DNA from: Candidatus Eiseniibacteriota bacterium
GTDB lineage: Bacteria > Eisenbacteria > RBG-16-71-46
DNA length: 64,000 bases
Reading direction: 5' to 3'
NCBI GenBank assembly: GCA_963717935.1
Contig: CAVQXP010000004.1
Span: 1,952,001-2,016,000 of the forward strand
Below the pieces are notes generated by a model that saw only the letters and a list, made by a program, of their open reading frames with translations, had not been told where the DNA came from and searched no databases. Made by a program: the position numbers and the translations under genes. The stretch's first letter is position 1. Each line of letters opens with the position of its first letter. Positions 30,881 to 39,617 of this stretch are shown in pieces.

Positions 30881-30929
30881 GCTTGCCGCATCTGATCGGC
30901 GCATCGTCCCCGTCCCCGGAAGACTCGAC

Positions 30930-31982
30930 ATGTCGTTCGCCGCGGTCCAGAGGCCGGTACGCCGCGAGTTGGTGCAGGTCCAGGGCCTGCTGCGCGACGC
31001 GTTCCGGACCTCGATCCCCATCCTGAACCGGGTGGGCGGGCATGTGCTCGCCACCCGGGGCAAGAAGTTCCGTCCCACGCTGTTGCTCCTGACGGCGCGC
31101 GTGCGCGACCGACTCGACGAGCCGGCGGTGCTGTCGGCGGCGGTAGTCGAGATGATGCACGCGGCAGCGCTCATCCACGACGACTCGGTGGACCGTAGCG
31201 CGCTGCGCCGGGGCCTGCCGACGGTCAACGGACTGTGGACGGATGAGATGGCGATCATCATGGGGGACTACCTCTTCGCGCACGCAATGGGGTTGATGGT
31301 GCGTAACCGCCTCGAGCACGCGCTCGAGGTGCTGGCGCGGGTCGTGATGGAGATGTCGTGCGGCGAGGCCCTGGAGTTCCAGTACGCCTACGACCTCGAA
31401 GTGACCGAGGAGCAGTACACGGAGATGGTCCGGGCCAAGACGGGCTCGTTGATCGGGGCCGCCGCCGAGATCGGGGCGGGTCACGCCGCGGACCGCGGCG
31501 CCCGGCGGCCCGTCGCGAAGACGACGAGCCGGACCCGCCGGCCGCCGCACGGGGCGCGGGTGACGTTCCGCGAGTTCGGGGAGCGGCTGGGCGTGGCATT
31601 CCAGATCGTGGATGACCTGTTCGACTACCTGGGCGATCCTGAGGTCACGGGCAAGCCGATGGGCTCGGACCTGGCGGAGGGCAAGGTCACGCTGCCGCTC
31701 ATCGCGGCCCTGCGGGAGGCGAGCGAGGTCGACCGGCGCCGGCTCAAGCGCCTCGCGCTGCGTCAGCGCTGGACCGCGGCCCAGTGGAACCAATTGCGGG
31801 CCCTGATCGAGAAGTGCGGCGGCTTCGCGTACGCGCGCACGTGTGCCGAGGGCTTCGCGGTCGATTCGAGGCGTCTGCTCGACGAGGCGCTGGGGCCTGG
31901 CGGATCGCGCTCGGCGCCTGCCACGGCGGCCCACCGGGCGCTGCGCCAGGCGGTGGATTATGCGGTGCGTCGTGATCACTGA
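30930..31982 (+). CDS. Polyprenyl diphosphate synthase (IspB/HepT-like)
   Basis: GKKFRP, LIHDDSVD..LRRG, KTGSL, FQIVDDLFD, DLAEGKVTLP. Confidence 0.93.
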   Translation: MSFAAVQRPVRRELVQVQGLLRDAFRTSIPILNRVGGHVLATRGKKFRPTLLLLTARVRDRLDEPAVLSAAVVEMMHAAALIHDDSVDRSALRRGLPTVNGLWTDEMAIIMGDYLFAHAMGLMVRNRLEHALEVLARVVMEMSCGEALEFQYAYDLEVTEEQYTEMVRAKTGSLIGAAAEIGAGHAADRGARRPVAKTTSRTRRPPHGARVTFREFGERLGVAFQIVDDLFDYLGDPEVTGKPMGSDLAEGKVTLPLIAALREASEVDRRRLKRLALRQRWTAAQWNQLRALIEKCGGFAYARTCAEGFAVDSRRLLDEALGPGGSRSAPATAAHRALRQAVDYAVRRDH

Positions 31983-32009
31983 CGTGCCCTGCCGGCGAGT
32001 CGAACTGGC

Positions 32010-32396
32010 GTGACGCGCCGCCCCCGTCCGTCCGCCGGACCCGACCCCGTCGTCGTGCTGAGGGCCGCGGCCCGCGCCGCGCTCGCGAAGAAGGCGCACG
32101 ACGTGGTGGCGCTGGATCTGCGCGGGCTCAACGCGGTGTGCGAGCATTTCCTGCTGTGCTCGGCGTCGAGCGATGTCCAGGTGAAGGCCGTGGCGGAGAA
32201 CATCGAGGAAGTACTGCGCGAGCAGGGCCTGCGGCCGTGGCACGTCGAGGGGCTGAAGGGCCGCCGCTGGGTGCTGCTCGATTACGTGGGGCTCGTGATC
32301 CACGTGTTTCACGAGAAGACCCGCGAGTACTACCTGCTCGACCGGCTCTGGGGCGACGCGAGGAGCGTGGATCTTGGTCTGGAAGGAACTGACTGA
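32010..32396 (+). CDS. rsfS: Ribosome silencing factor
   Basis: KKAHDVVALDL, WVLLDY, IHVFHEKTREYYLLDRLWGDA. Confidence 0.93.
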   Translation: MTRRPRPSAGPDPVVVLRAAARAALAKKAHDVVALDLRGLNAVCEHFLLCSASSDVQVKAVAENIEEVLREQGLRPWHVEGLKGRRWVLLDYVGLVIHVFHEKTREYYLLDRLWGDARSVDLGLEGTD

Positions 32397-34113
32397 GGGT
32401 CTGGCCGCAGCGTTGCGCGAGACGGGACTGCACACCCCCGAGCGCATGGCGCGGCTCGAGCTCTCCATCCCGCGCGAGAGCGCGCACGGGGACTGGACCA
32501 CCAATCTCGCGCTCCTGATCGCGAGGGAAGTCCGGCGGCCGCCACGCGCGGTGGCCGAGGCCCTGGCGGCCGCGTTCCCACAGGATCCCTCGACCTTCGC
32601 GAGCGTCGAGGTCGCGGGCCCGGGGTTCGTGAACTTCCGCTACAGCGAGGCGTTCCTGGACCGCCTGCCCGGGCTCATCGTGGAGGCCGGCGGGGCGTTC
32701 GGCTCGAGCGTGGGCGGGGCGGGGGCGCGGGTGCTCGTGGAGTACGTGAGCGCGAACCCGACGGGGCCCCTGAACATCGTGAGCGCGCGGGCGGCCGCGG
32801 TGGGCGCGACGCTGGTGCGGCTGCTCAGGGCGACCGGGCACGACGCTGCGGGCGAGTTCTACGTCAACGACGCAGGCCGCCAGGTGGACCTGCTCGGCCA
32901 GTCGGTGGCGGCGCGCTTCGCCGAGGCCGCCGGGCTGGAGCGAGCGTTCCCGGTGGATGGCTACGAGGGCGAGTACGTGCGGGAGATCGCCGCTTCACTG
33001 CCCCCGGATGCCGCGCGCGCGGCCCTCGACGCTCCCGGAGGCGCGGCGTGGTTCCGCGACCAGGCCCTCGAACAGATGGTGCGCGAGCAGCGCCGGGACC
33101 TGGACGAGTACGGCGCCGAGTTCGCGCAATGGTTCCGGGAGTCGGAGCTGCACCGGTCGAAGGCGGTGGAGGAGACGCTGCGGGCGCTCGAGGCGCGCGG
33201 CATGACGTATCGCGCCCGGCTCCCGGAGGTGGATCGCACCGGGGACGGGGTGACCGGGGGCGCTGCGGAGCTCGAGGAGGCGACGTACCTGCGCACCGGG
33301 CGCTTCGGCGATGACAAGGACCGGGTGATCGTGCGCAGTGACGGCTCTCCCACGTACCTGCTCCCGGATCTCGCCTACCACCGCGACAAGCGAGGCCGTG
33401 GCTACGCGGTTGCCATCGACCTCTGGGGCCCCGACCACCACGCCTATGTCACCACCATGAAGGCGGCGCTGGCCGCGCTGGGGATCGAGGGCGACTTCCT
33501 GGAGGTGCTCATCGTGCAGCAGGTGAATCTGTGGGAGACGGGTGCGGACGGCCGCCGGGAGCAGGTCAAGATGAGCAAACGGCGTGGCCGGATCGTGATG
33601 CTGCGCGACCTGGTCGAGGACATCGGGGCCGAATGCGCGCGGTTCTTCTTCCTGATGCGCTCCACCAACGCCCACCTGGACTTCGACCTGGACGTGGCAC
33701 GGCGCCAGAACGACGAGAACCCGGCCTTCTACGTCCAGTACGCGCATGCGCGCATCGCGTCGATCCTGCGCTACGCCGCCGAGCGCGATCTGCGGCCCGC
33801 GGAGGCGGGTGCCCTGCGGCTCTCCGCCGCGGAAGAGGTGGCGCTGGCGCGGCGCCTGGCCGTCTTCCCGGAACTCGTGCGCGGGGCGGCGGCCGCGCGG
33901 GAGCCGCACCGCCTGCCTGCCTACCTCGTGGAGACGGCGGCGGAGTTCCACCGCTTCTATCACGCCTGCCGGGTGGTCGGGGAGGACACCGCCGTCACCC
34001 GTGGGCGACTCCTGCTCGCCGAGGCGGCCCGCACCGTGCTCGCGAACGGGCTCGCGCTGATGGGCGTGTCGGCCCCCGAGCGGATGGAGCGCGCGACGGA
34101 GGCCCCGGCATGA
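32374..34113 (+). CDS. argS: Arginine-tRNA ligase
   Basis: HGDWTTN, AGPGFVNF, EYVSANPTGPL, YVNDAGRQ, WGPDHH, KMSKR, YVQYAHAR, GVSAPERM. Confidence 0.96.
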   Translation: MVWKELTEGLAAALRETGLHTPERMARLELSIPRESAHGDWTTNLALLIAREVRRPPRAVAEALAAAFPQDPSTFASVEVAGPGFVNFRYSEAFLDRLPGLIVEAGGAFGSSVGGAGARVLVEYVSANPTGPLNIVSARAAAVGATLVRLLRATGHDAAGEFYVNDAGRQVDLLGQSVAARFAEAAGLERAFPVDGYEGEYVREIAASLPPDAARAALDAPGGAAWFRDQALEQMVREQRRDLDEYGAEFAQWFRESELHRSKAVEETLRALEARGMTYRARLPEVDRTGDGVTGGAAELEEATYLRTGRFGDDKDRVIVRSDGSPTYLLPDLAYHRDKRGRGYAVAIDLWGPDHHAYVTTMKAALAALGIEGDFLEVLIVQQVNLWETGADGRREQVKMSKRRGRIVMLRDLVEDIGAECARFFFLMRSTNAHLDFDLDVARRQNDENPAFYVQYAHARIASILRYAAERDLRPAEAGALRLSAAEEVALARRLAVFPELVRGAAAAREPHRLPAYLVETAAEFHRFYHACRVVGEDTAVTRGRLLLAEAARTVLANGLALMGVSAPERMERATEAPA

Positions 34114-35039
34114 GCGCCCGGCCCGACATCCTGGTGGTCGGCTCGGTCGCCCTCGACTCGGTACGCACGCCGTACGGCGAGACGGTGGAGGCGCTGGGCG
34201 GCTCGGCCTCGTATTTCTCCCTCTCGGCAAGCCAGTTCGCCCCGGTGAGCGTCGTCGCCGTGGTGGGTGAGGACTTCCCGGCGGAGCACCGCGCGCTCTT
34301 CGAGAGCCGTGGCGTCGACCTCTCGGGGCTGGAGACCGCGCCGGGACGCACCTTCCGGTGGCGGGGCGAGTACGGGCCGGAGCTGGCCCATGCGCACACG
34401 CTCGAGACCCAGCTGAACGTCTTCTCCACGTTCCACCCGCAGGTCGGGGAGCAGCACCGCGGCTGCCCGTACGTCTTCCTCGCGAACATCGACCCCGAAC
34501 TGCAACTGGAGGTGCTCCAGCAGATGGGGAAGCCCCGGCTCACCCTCAGCGACACCATGGACTACTGGATCGCGCGCAAGCCGGACCTGGTGCTGGAGGT
34601 GCTGAGACGCGTGGACGTGGCCTTGCTGAACGAGGAGGAGGCCCGTGCGCTGGCCGGGGAGAGCCTCCTCGTGCGCGCGGCGGATCGGCTGCTCGAGCAG
34701 GGCGCGAAGGCCGTCATCATCAAGAAGGGCGAGCACGGGGCCCTCTTCCGCACGGCCGAGGAGCGCTTCGTCATCCCGGCCTTCCCGGTGGACGCGATCC
34801 GGGACCCCACCGGCGCCGGCGACTCCTTTGCGGGCGGGTTCCTGGGGTGGGTGGCGCGGTGTGGCCGGACCGATGGGGGCATGCTCCAGCAGGCGATGGC
34901 CTGCGGGACGACCATGGCCTCGCTGGCGATCGAGGACTTCAGCCCCCGGCGCCTTGCCGAGACGGGGCCGGAAGAGATCGCCCGGCGGGTCGCCCTGCTG
35001 CACCGCATGGTGCATTTCGACCTCGAGCCGCTGTCCTAG
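34110..35039 (+). CDS. PfkB-family carbohydrate/nucleoside kinase
   Basis: GSVALD, LGGSASY, KKGEHG, DPTGAGDSFAGG. Confidence 0.92.
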   Translation: MSARPDILVVGSVALDSVRTPYGETVEALGGSASYFSLSASQFAPVSVVAVVGEDFPAEHRALFESRGVDLSGLETAPGRTFRWRGEYGPELAHAHTLETQLNVFSTFHPQVGEQHRGCPYVFLANIDPELQLEVLQQMGKPRLTLSDTMDYWIARKPDLVLEVLRRVDVALLNEEEARALAGESLLVRAADRLLEQGAKAVIIKKGEHGALFRTAEERFVIPAFPVDAIRDPTGAGDSFAGGFLGWVARCGRTDGGMLQQAMACGTTMASLAIEDFSPRRLAETGPEEIARRVALLHRMVHFDLEPLS

Positions 35040-35123
35040 CTGCGCGGCGGCCGCGGGTTAGCCGCGCCTTCTCACGTCGGACACGAAGCCCGCAGTCGAC
35101 CGTAGCAGCGTCGCTGGACGCTG

Positions 35124-35132
35124 TGCTAGGAT
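35124..35132 (+). promoter_or_regulatory. Possible extended -10 promoter for the 35170-37484 module
   Basis: TGcTAGGAT about 40 nt upstream of the TAAGGAG RBS and GTG start. Confidence 0.35.
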
Positions 35133-35169
35133 ACGTCGTCGGCCCCCCCCCTGCCGGTAAGGAGAACAG

Positions 35170-35901
35170 GTGTTGGAAGACACGCGTATGTCATGGACGA
35201 CGGACGCTGAGAACGGGATTCGTGGCCTGCCGGACGTGGAGGACGCGAAGATCCTGGTCGAAGACGGTGAGATTCGCGAGGTCCACGTGATCTCGGCTGC
35301 CGGGAAACCGGCCAAGCTCATCGTGAAGGATGTGGTGGGTTTGATCTGGACCCGTTACAACCGGCGGATCGACCACCGCATCGTCGGGGTGGTTCGCATG
35401 CGGCCCCAGGCGAACGTCACTGCGAAGGCCGAGCCCTTGTCCGTCCCGGAAGAGCCCGCTCCGGTGCTGGAGGACGCGAGCCGCATCCGCTTCGGGAGCG
35501 TCAATCTCTACATGGATGGCGCGCGCGCCCAGGCGCAGGTGGAATTGCGCTGGAAGGGCGTGCTGCGCATGGGGAGCGCCTCCGGCTGGTGCTCGCGGGA
35601 GGGCGCCCACCGGCTGGTGGCGGCCGCGACCCTGACGGCGCTGCAGGAGTTCCTCGACGACGACGTCGCGCTGGGAGTCGAGGGGGTGGACGTGGTACGG
35701 ATGGGCGGGCACGAGGTCGCGATCGTGGGCCTCGCGCTGCTCACGCACCGGCAGGAGAAGCTCCTGACGGGTTGCTGCACGGTGGGCCGGGACCTCCCGC
35801 AGGCGGTCGTCCTGGCCACCCTCTCGGCTTTGAATCGTGTGATCGGCGGCCTGAAGACGAAGGAGCCGATCGAGTACATCTTGAGACCGGTATCGACCTA
35901 G
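35170..35901 (+). CDS. Hypothetical cytoplasmic protein; C-terminal domain resembles the LeuA allosteric (regulatory) domain
   Basis: TAAGGAG RBS; N-domain IREVHVI...KLIVKDV...IDHRIV; C-domain has a duplicated beta3-alpha pattern ending RDLPQAVVLATLSALNR. Confidence 0.8.
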   Translation: MLEDTRMSWTTDAENGIRGLPDVEDAKILVEDGEIREVHVISAAGKPAKLIVKDVVGLIWTRYNRRIDHRIVGVVRMRPQANVTAKAEPLSVPEEPAPVLEDASRIRFGSVNLYMDGARAQAQVELRWKGVLRMGSASGWCSREGAHRLVAAATLTALQEFLDDDVALGVEGVDVVRMGGHEVAIVGLALLTHRQEKLLTGCCTVGRDLPQAVVLATLSALNRVIGGLKTKEPIEYILRPVST

Positions 35902-35987
35902 GAGCCAGCGGAGCGAGAAGACACGCGAGAAGCGAAGCGGAGCCACCTGTCGGGAAGATGGACGTACCCGCAGAATCCCTTGCCAAG

Positions 35988-35997
35988 TAAGGAGGTG
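35988..35997 (+). promoter_or_regulatory. Full-length Shine-Dalgarno sequence
   Basis: TAAGGAGGTG; 8 nt from GGAGG to GTG 36004. Confidence 0.75.
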
Positions 35998-36003
35998 GGC
36001 TTC

Positions 36004-36054
36004 GTGGATCTCATTCTCGTGCTCTTGGAATTCTTCGGCCGCGCGGGCTGGTAA
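36004..36054 (+). CDS. 16-aa small peptide MDLILVLLEFFGRAGW
   Basis: GTG GAT CTC ATT CTC GTG CTC TTG GAA TTC TTC GGC CGC GCG GGC TGG TAA behind a perfect SD; no other ORF uses this SD. Confidence 0.65.
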   Translation: MDLILVLLEFFGRAGW

Positions 36055-36158
36055 TCTCGGTCCGCCTGTCCGGACCTGAGCAGTAAGCTCCGAAGTGGAT
36101 GCCGGTCTCTCCATCCTCCGCTTGCGGAACGACACCCGCCCTCCATGACCGACGACGC

Positions 36159-37484
36159 ATGAGCGACTCACCGGCTGCGATCCACCCGCGGGCCTTCCGC
36201 ATCTACTATGCGCTGGTGGTGCTGGCCGCTGCCGCCTTCTTCATACTGGCCACGCCCGCGGCCGGCCCGCCGAGGCTGGTGGCGCTCGGTGTCGTCCTGG
36301 CGTTGATGGTCCTGAGCGAGGCTCGCCCCGTGCCGCTACCCAGCGGCGGCTACGCGACCGGCAGCGCGGTGCTCGACCTCGCGTCGATCATCATCCTGGG
36401 TCCCGTGTGGACCGCCTGGGTGGACCTGGCGAGCACGGTGGTCGTGCAGGGGGTCATACTGCGCAGGCCCCTGGTGCGTGTGACGCACAACGTGGCCATC
36501 TTCGCGCTCACCTCGTTCGCGGCGGGGTACGCCTTTCTCGCTGCCGGCGGCCAGGTGGGCGCCCTGGCGTTCCCGCGGCACATCGTGCCCCTGTTGGTGT
36601 GCGGGGGCGTCTACTTCCTCTGCAACTCGGCCTTCGTCTCGACCGTGCTCGGGCTCACCGCCGGCCCCGGCCCGTGGCGGATCTGGCAGCGCAACTTCCT
36701 GCAGGGAATCCTCCACCACCTCTCCTTCGTCGCGCTCGGCACGCTTGTGGCTGTGGTCTACTTCAGCGCCGGGCCCTGGGGACTCGTGCTGGTGGGCATC
36801 CCGTTCCTGGTCGCGCGGCACTCGTTCGGCGTGTACATGGAGATCCGCGCCGACCTCAAGGACTTCGTACGTGCCCTGTCCGAGGTGTTGGAGGAAGTGG
36901 ACCCGTACACCCGGCACCACTCGCACCGGGTGGCCCAGTACACGGTGCGGCTGGCGCGCGGGATGAGGCTCTCCGAGCGCGAGGTCGAGGAGATCGAGTA
37001 CGCGGCCCTGGTGCACGATCTGGGCAAGATCGGTCCGCAGCACCAGCATATCCTGCAGAAGCCGGGCTCGCTCTCGCACGAGGAGCAGCGCACGCTGCGC
37101 GCGCACCCGGCCGCCGGGGCCGAGATCGTGGCGCGGGTGCGGGCGCTGCGGCGCTCGGCCGAGATCGTGCGGACGCATCACGAGCGGCCCGACGGGCAGG
37201 GCTATCCGCTCGGCCTGCGCGCGGCGGACGTGCCCGTGGGGGCGCGCATCCTGAACGTCTCGGACGCCTTCGACGCGATGACCTCGGACCGCCCGTACCG
37301 GCGTGCGCTGTCGGTGGTTGCCGCGCTGGAGGAACTGCGGCGCGGCGCGGACTCCCAGTTCGACCGCACGGTGGTGGAGTGCCTGCTGCGCCTGCAGGCG
37401 GCCGGGCAGTTCCCCCTCATCCCGAGCCCCACGAGCGAGGATCTCCAGTTGCTCCGCCTGAAGCCCCGCGAGGCCGAGGGCTGA
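36159..37484 (+). CDS. Membrane-sensor (multi-TM, MASE9-like) HD-GYP cyclic-dinucleotide phosphodiesterase
   Basis: About 7-8 hydrophobic helices, then DPYTRHHSHRV, HDLGK, HHERPDGQGYPLGL, DAFDAMTSDRPYR. Confidence 0.92.
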   Translation: MSDSPAAIHPRAFRIYYALVVLAAAAFFILATPAAGPPRLVALGVVLALMVLSEARPVPLPSGGYATGSAVLDLASIIILGPVWTAWVDLASTVVVQGVILRRPLVRVTHNVAIFALTSFAAGYAFLAAGGQVGALAFPRHIVPLLVCGGVYFLCNSAFVSTVLGLTAGPGPWRIWQRNFLQGILHHLSFVALGTLVAVVYFSAGPWGLVLVGIPFLVARHSFGVYMEIRADLKDFVRALSEVLEEVDPYTRHHSHRVAQYTVRLARGMRLSEREVEEIEYAALVHDLGKIGPQHQHILQKPGSLSHEEQRTLRAHPAAGAEIVARVRALRRSAEIVRTHHERPDGQGYPLGLRAADVPVGARILNVSDAFDAMTSDRPYRRALSVVAALEELRRGADSQFDRTVVECLLRLQAAGQFPLIPSPTSEDLQLLRLKPREAEG

Positions 37485-38524
37485 TGCGCTACCGGGACGC
37501 CGGGGTGGACATCGCGCGGGCGGAAGGGCTCAAGCGGCGCCTCGGCCAGGCCGCGCGCTCGACCTGGCGAACGGGCGTGGCGCGGCTGCCGGGCGGCTTC
37601 GCCGGGGTGATGGATTTCCCCGCCGCGGGGAGCGGACGACAGACCCTGCTGGCCGCGAGCATGGACGGCGTGGGCACGAAGCTCCATCTCGCCCTGGCCG
37701 CCGGCCGCGTCGCGGACGCGGCCGGGGATCTCGTTTACCACGGAGCGAATGACGTGCTCGTGCACGGTGCGAGCCCGCTGGCCTTCCTCGACTACATCGC
37801 CCAGTCGCGGCTCGACCCGGAGGTCGTGCTGGCGGCCGTGGAAGGGATCGCGCTCGCCTGCCGGAAGGTCGGGGCGGTGCTCCTGGGTGGAGAGACGGCA
37901 GAGATGCCGGATACCTACCTGCCCGGGGTGGTGGATGTCGCCGGCTGCATGCTGGGTACGGTGCCGGAAGGCGGGTTGCTGGACGGCAGCGCGGTGCGCC
38001 CGGGCGATGCGGTGCTGGGACTCGCGGCGGCGGGACTGCACACGAACGGGTACTCCCTGGCTCGCGCGGTGCTCGGGCGTTCGGGCCTGGGGTTGGACGA
38101 TCGGCTCCCGGGGGGCGCGGGAGAGACGCTCGGAGAGGCGCTGCTCGCCCCCCATCGCTGGTACGGGCCCGCGCTCGGTCCCGCGCTCGGGGCGCGCCGC
38201 GTGCACGCGCTGGCGCATGTGACCGGCGGTGGCATCGCTGGCAACCTGGTGCGTGTGCTGCCGGCCGGCTGCCGGGCGCGCGTCCACGCCTCGGCGTGGG
38301 AGCGCCCGGCTCTCGTTCGCTGGCTCGTCGAGACGGGCGAGGTCCCGGAGGGCGATGCCCGGGACACCCTGAACCTGGGCATCGGCATGGTGGTGGTGTG
38401 TGCCCCCGAGGAGGCGGACCGGCTCGCGCGCGATCTGGCGCGGGCCGGCGAGCGCGTCTTTCCGCTGGGCTCGGTGCTTGCCGGCGAGCGCGGCGTGGAG
38501 TGGACGGAGGATCCAGGCCCGTGA
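37484..38524 (+). CDS. purM: AIR synthetase
   Basis: YRDAGVDI, DGVGTK, FLDY, GGETAEMP, GLHTNGYSL, HVTGGG, NLGIGM. Confidence 0.95.
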   Translation: MRYRDAGVDIARAEGLKRRLGQAARSTWRTGVARLPGGFAGVMDFPAAGSGRQTLLAASMDGVGTKLHLALAAGRVADAAGDLVYHGANDVLVHGASPLAFLDYIAQSRLDPEVVLAAVEGIALACRKVGAVLLGGETAEMPDTYLPGVVDVAGCMLGTVPEGGLLDGSAVRPGDAVLGLAAAGLHTNGYSLARAVLGRSGLGLDDRLPGGAGETLGEALLAPHRWYGPALGPALGARRVHALAHVTGGGIAGNLVRVLPAGCRARVHASAWERPALVRWLVETGEVPEGDARDTLNLGIGMVVVCAPEEADRLARDLARAGERVFPLGSVLAGERGVEWTEDPGP

Positions 38525-38570
38525 GGGCCGCCCCGCTGCGTTCCGTGGGGTGGACGGGGGGGACGGGGGG

Positions 38571-39617
38571 ATGGAGCGACTGCGAGGTGAGCGAGAGTTC
38601 GAGCCGTGCGCCGCGAGCGGGGCTCGGGCGGGGATGCCGGCCATGCTGGGGGAGTCAGCGGCCTGGGCGGCCGTGCGGGACGTGCTGCCGCGCGTGGCCC
38701 GGAGCGGACTCCCGGTGGTGGTGCTGGGGGAGACCGGGACCGGCAAGGAGCTGGTTGCGAGGGCGATCCACGTGCTTTCGGCGCGTGCCGGGCAGGTCTT
38801 CGTGGCGCAGAACTGCGGCGCCACGCCCGATACGCTGATCGAGAGCGAGCTCTTCGGCCACAGTCGCGGGGCCTTCACGGGCGCGGTGGCGGACCGGGCG
38901 GGGCTCTTCGAATCCGCCGCCGGGGGCACGCTCTTCCTGGACGAGATCGGGGACGCGAGCGCGCTGCTGCAGATGAAGCTGCTGCGCGTCCTGCAGGAGG
39001 GCGAGGCCCGGCGGGTGGGCGACACGCGCCTGCGCCGGGTGGACGTGCGGGTGGTCTCGGCCACGCACCGCTGCCTCGAGGAGGCCGTCGCGGGCGGGGC
39101 CTTCCGGGCGGACCTCTTCTTCCGCCTGAACGCGGTCCGGGTGCGCCTGCCGCCGTTGCGCGAGCGCGGCGACGACGTGCTGCTCCTGGCGCGGCATTTC
39201 CTGGCGGCGGCCGCCGCGGAGCTGGGGCAGGACCCACCCGAGCCTGGACCGGCGCTGGCCGACCACCTGCGGGCGTATCCGTGGCCGGGGAACGTGCGCG
39301 AGCTGGCGAACGCGTGTGCATTCGCCGTGCATGTGGGTGAAGCGCGGGGCCGGGTGGACCTCGAGCACTGGCCCGAGACGCCGGTGCTGCCGGGGGCCGG
39401 GGCGGGGCCCGTGGCGCCCGGGCTTCACGCCGAGACGCGCGCGCTCGAGGAACGCCGGCTGCGGGAGACCCTGCAGCGCACGCGCGGGAACAAGTCGCAG
39501 GCGGCCCGGGCGCTGGGCCTGTCGCGGCAGGGACTGCTGAAGAAGCTGCGGCGCTACGGGTTCACCCGCGCCGAGTCGGCGGCGCTCGCTCTTGACGGTG
39601 CGGGGGGCTCTCCCTAG
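38571..39617 (+). CDS. Sigma54-dependent transcriptional activator lacking an N-terminal sensor domain (start uncertain: 38571, 38634 or 38643)
   Basis: GETGTGKE, ESELFGH, GAFTGA, FLDEIG, WPGNVREL; Fis-type HTH GNKSQAARALGLSR. Confidence 0.92.
   Translation: MERLRGEREFEPCAASGARAGMPAMLGESAAWAAVRDVLPRVARSGLPVVVLGETGTGKELVARAIHVLSARAGQVFVAQNCGATPDTLIESELFGHSRGAFTGAVADRAGLFESAAGGTLFLDEIGDASALLQMKLLRVLQEGEARRVGDTRLRRVDVRVVSATHRCLEEAVAGGAFRADLFFRLNAVRVRLPPLRERGDDVLLLARHFLAAAAAELGQDPPEPGPALADHLRAYPWPGNVRELANACAFAVHVGEARGRVDLEHWPETPVLPGAGAGPVAPGLHAETRALEERRLRETLQRTRGNKSQAARALGLSRQGLLKKLRRYGFTRAESAALALDGAGGSP

Noticed and set aside
35901..35945. Purine-rich short repeats (GCGAGAAG twice, GGAGCCA twice)
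   Set aside because: Too short and too few to call a repeat array or binding site.
35958..35990. Second mini-ORF MDVPAESLAK whose TAA forms the start of the strong SD
   Set aside because: Weak SD and no distinctive composition; the stop is explained by the SD sequence. It cannot be fully excluded as a coupling uORF.
38545..38572. G-runs upstream of the sigma54 activator (possible G-quadruplex)
   Set aside because: Only three long G tracts; homopolymer lengths are unreliable here and G-runs are common at this GC content.
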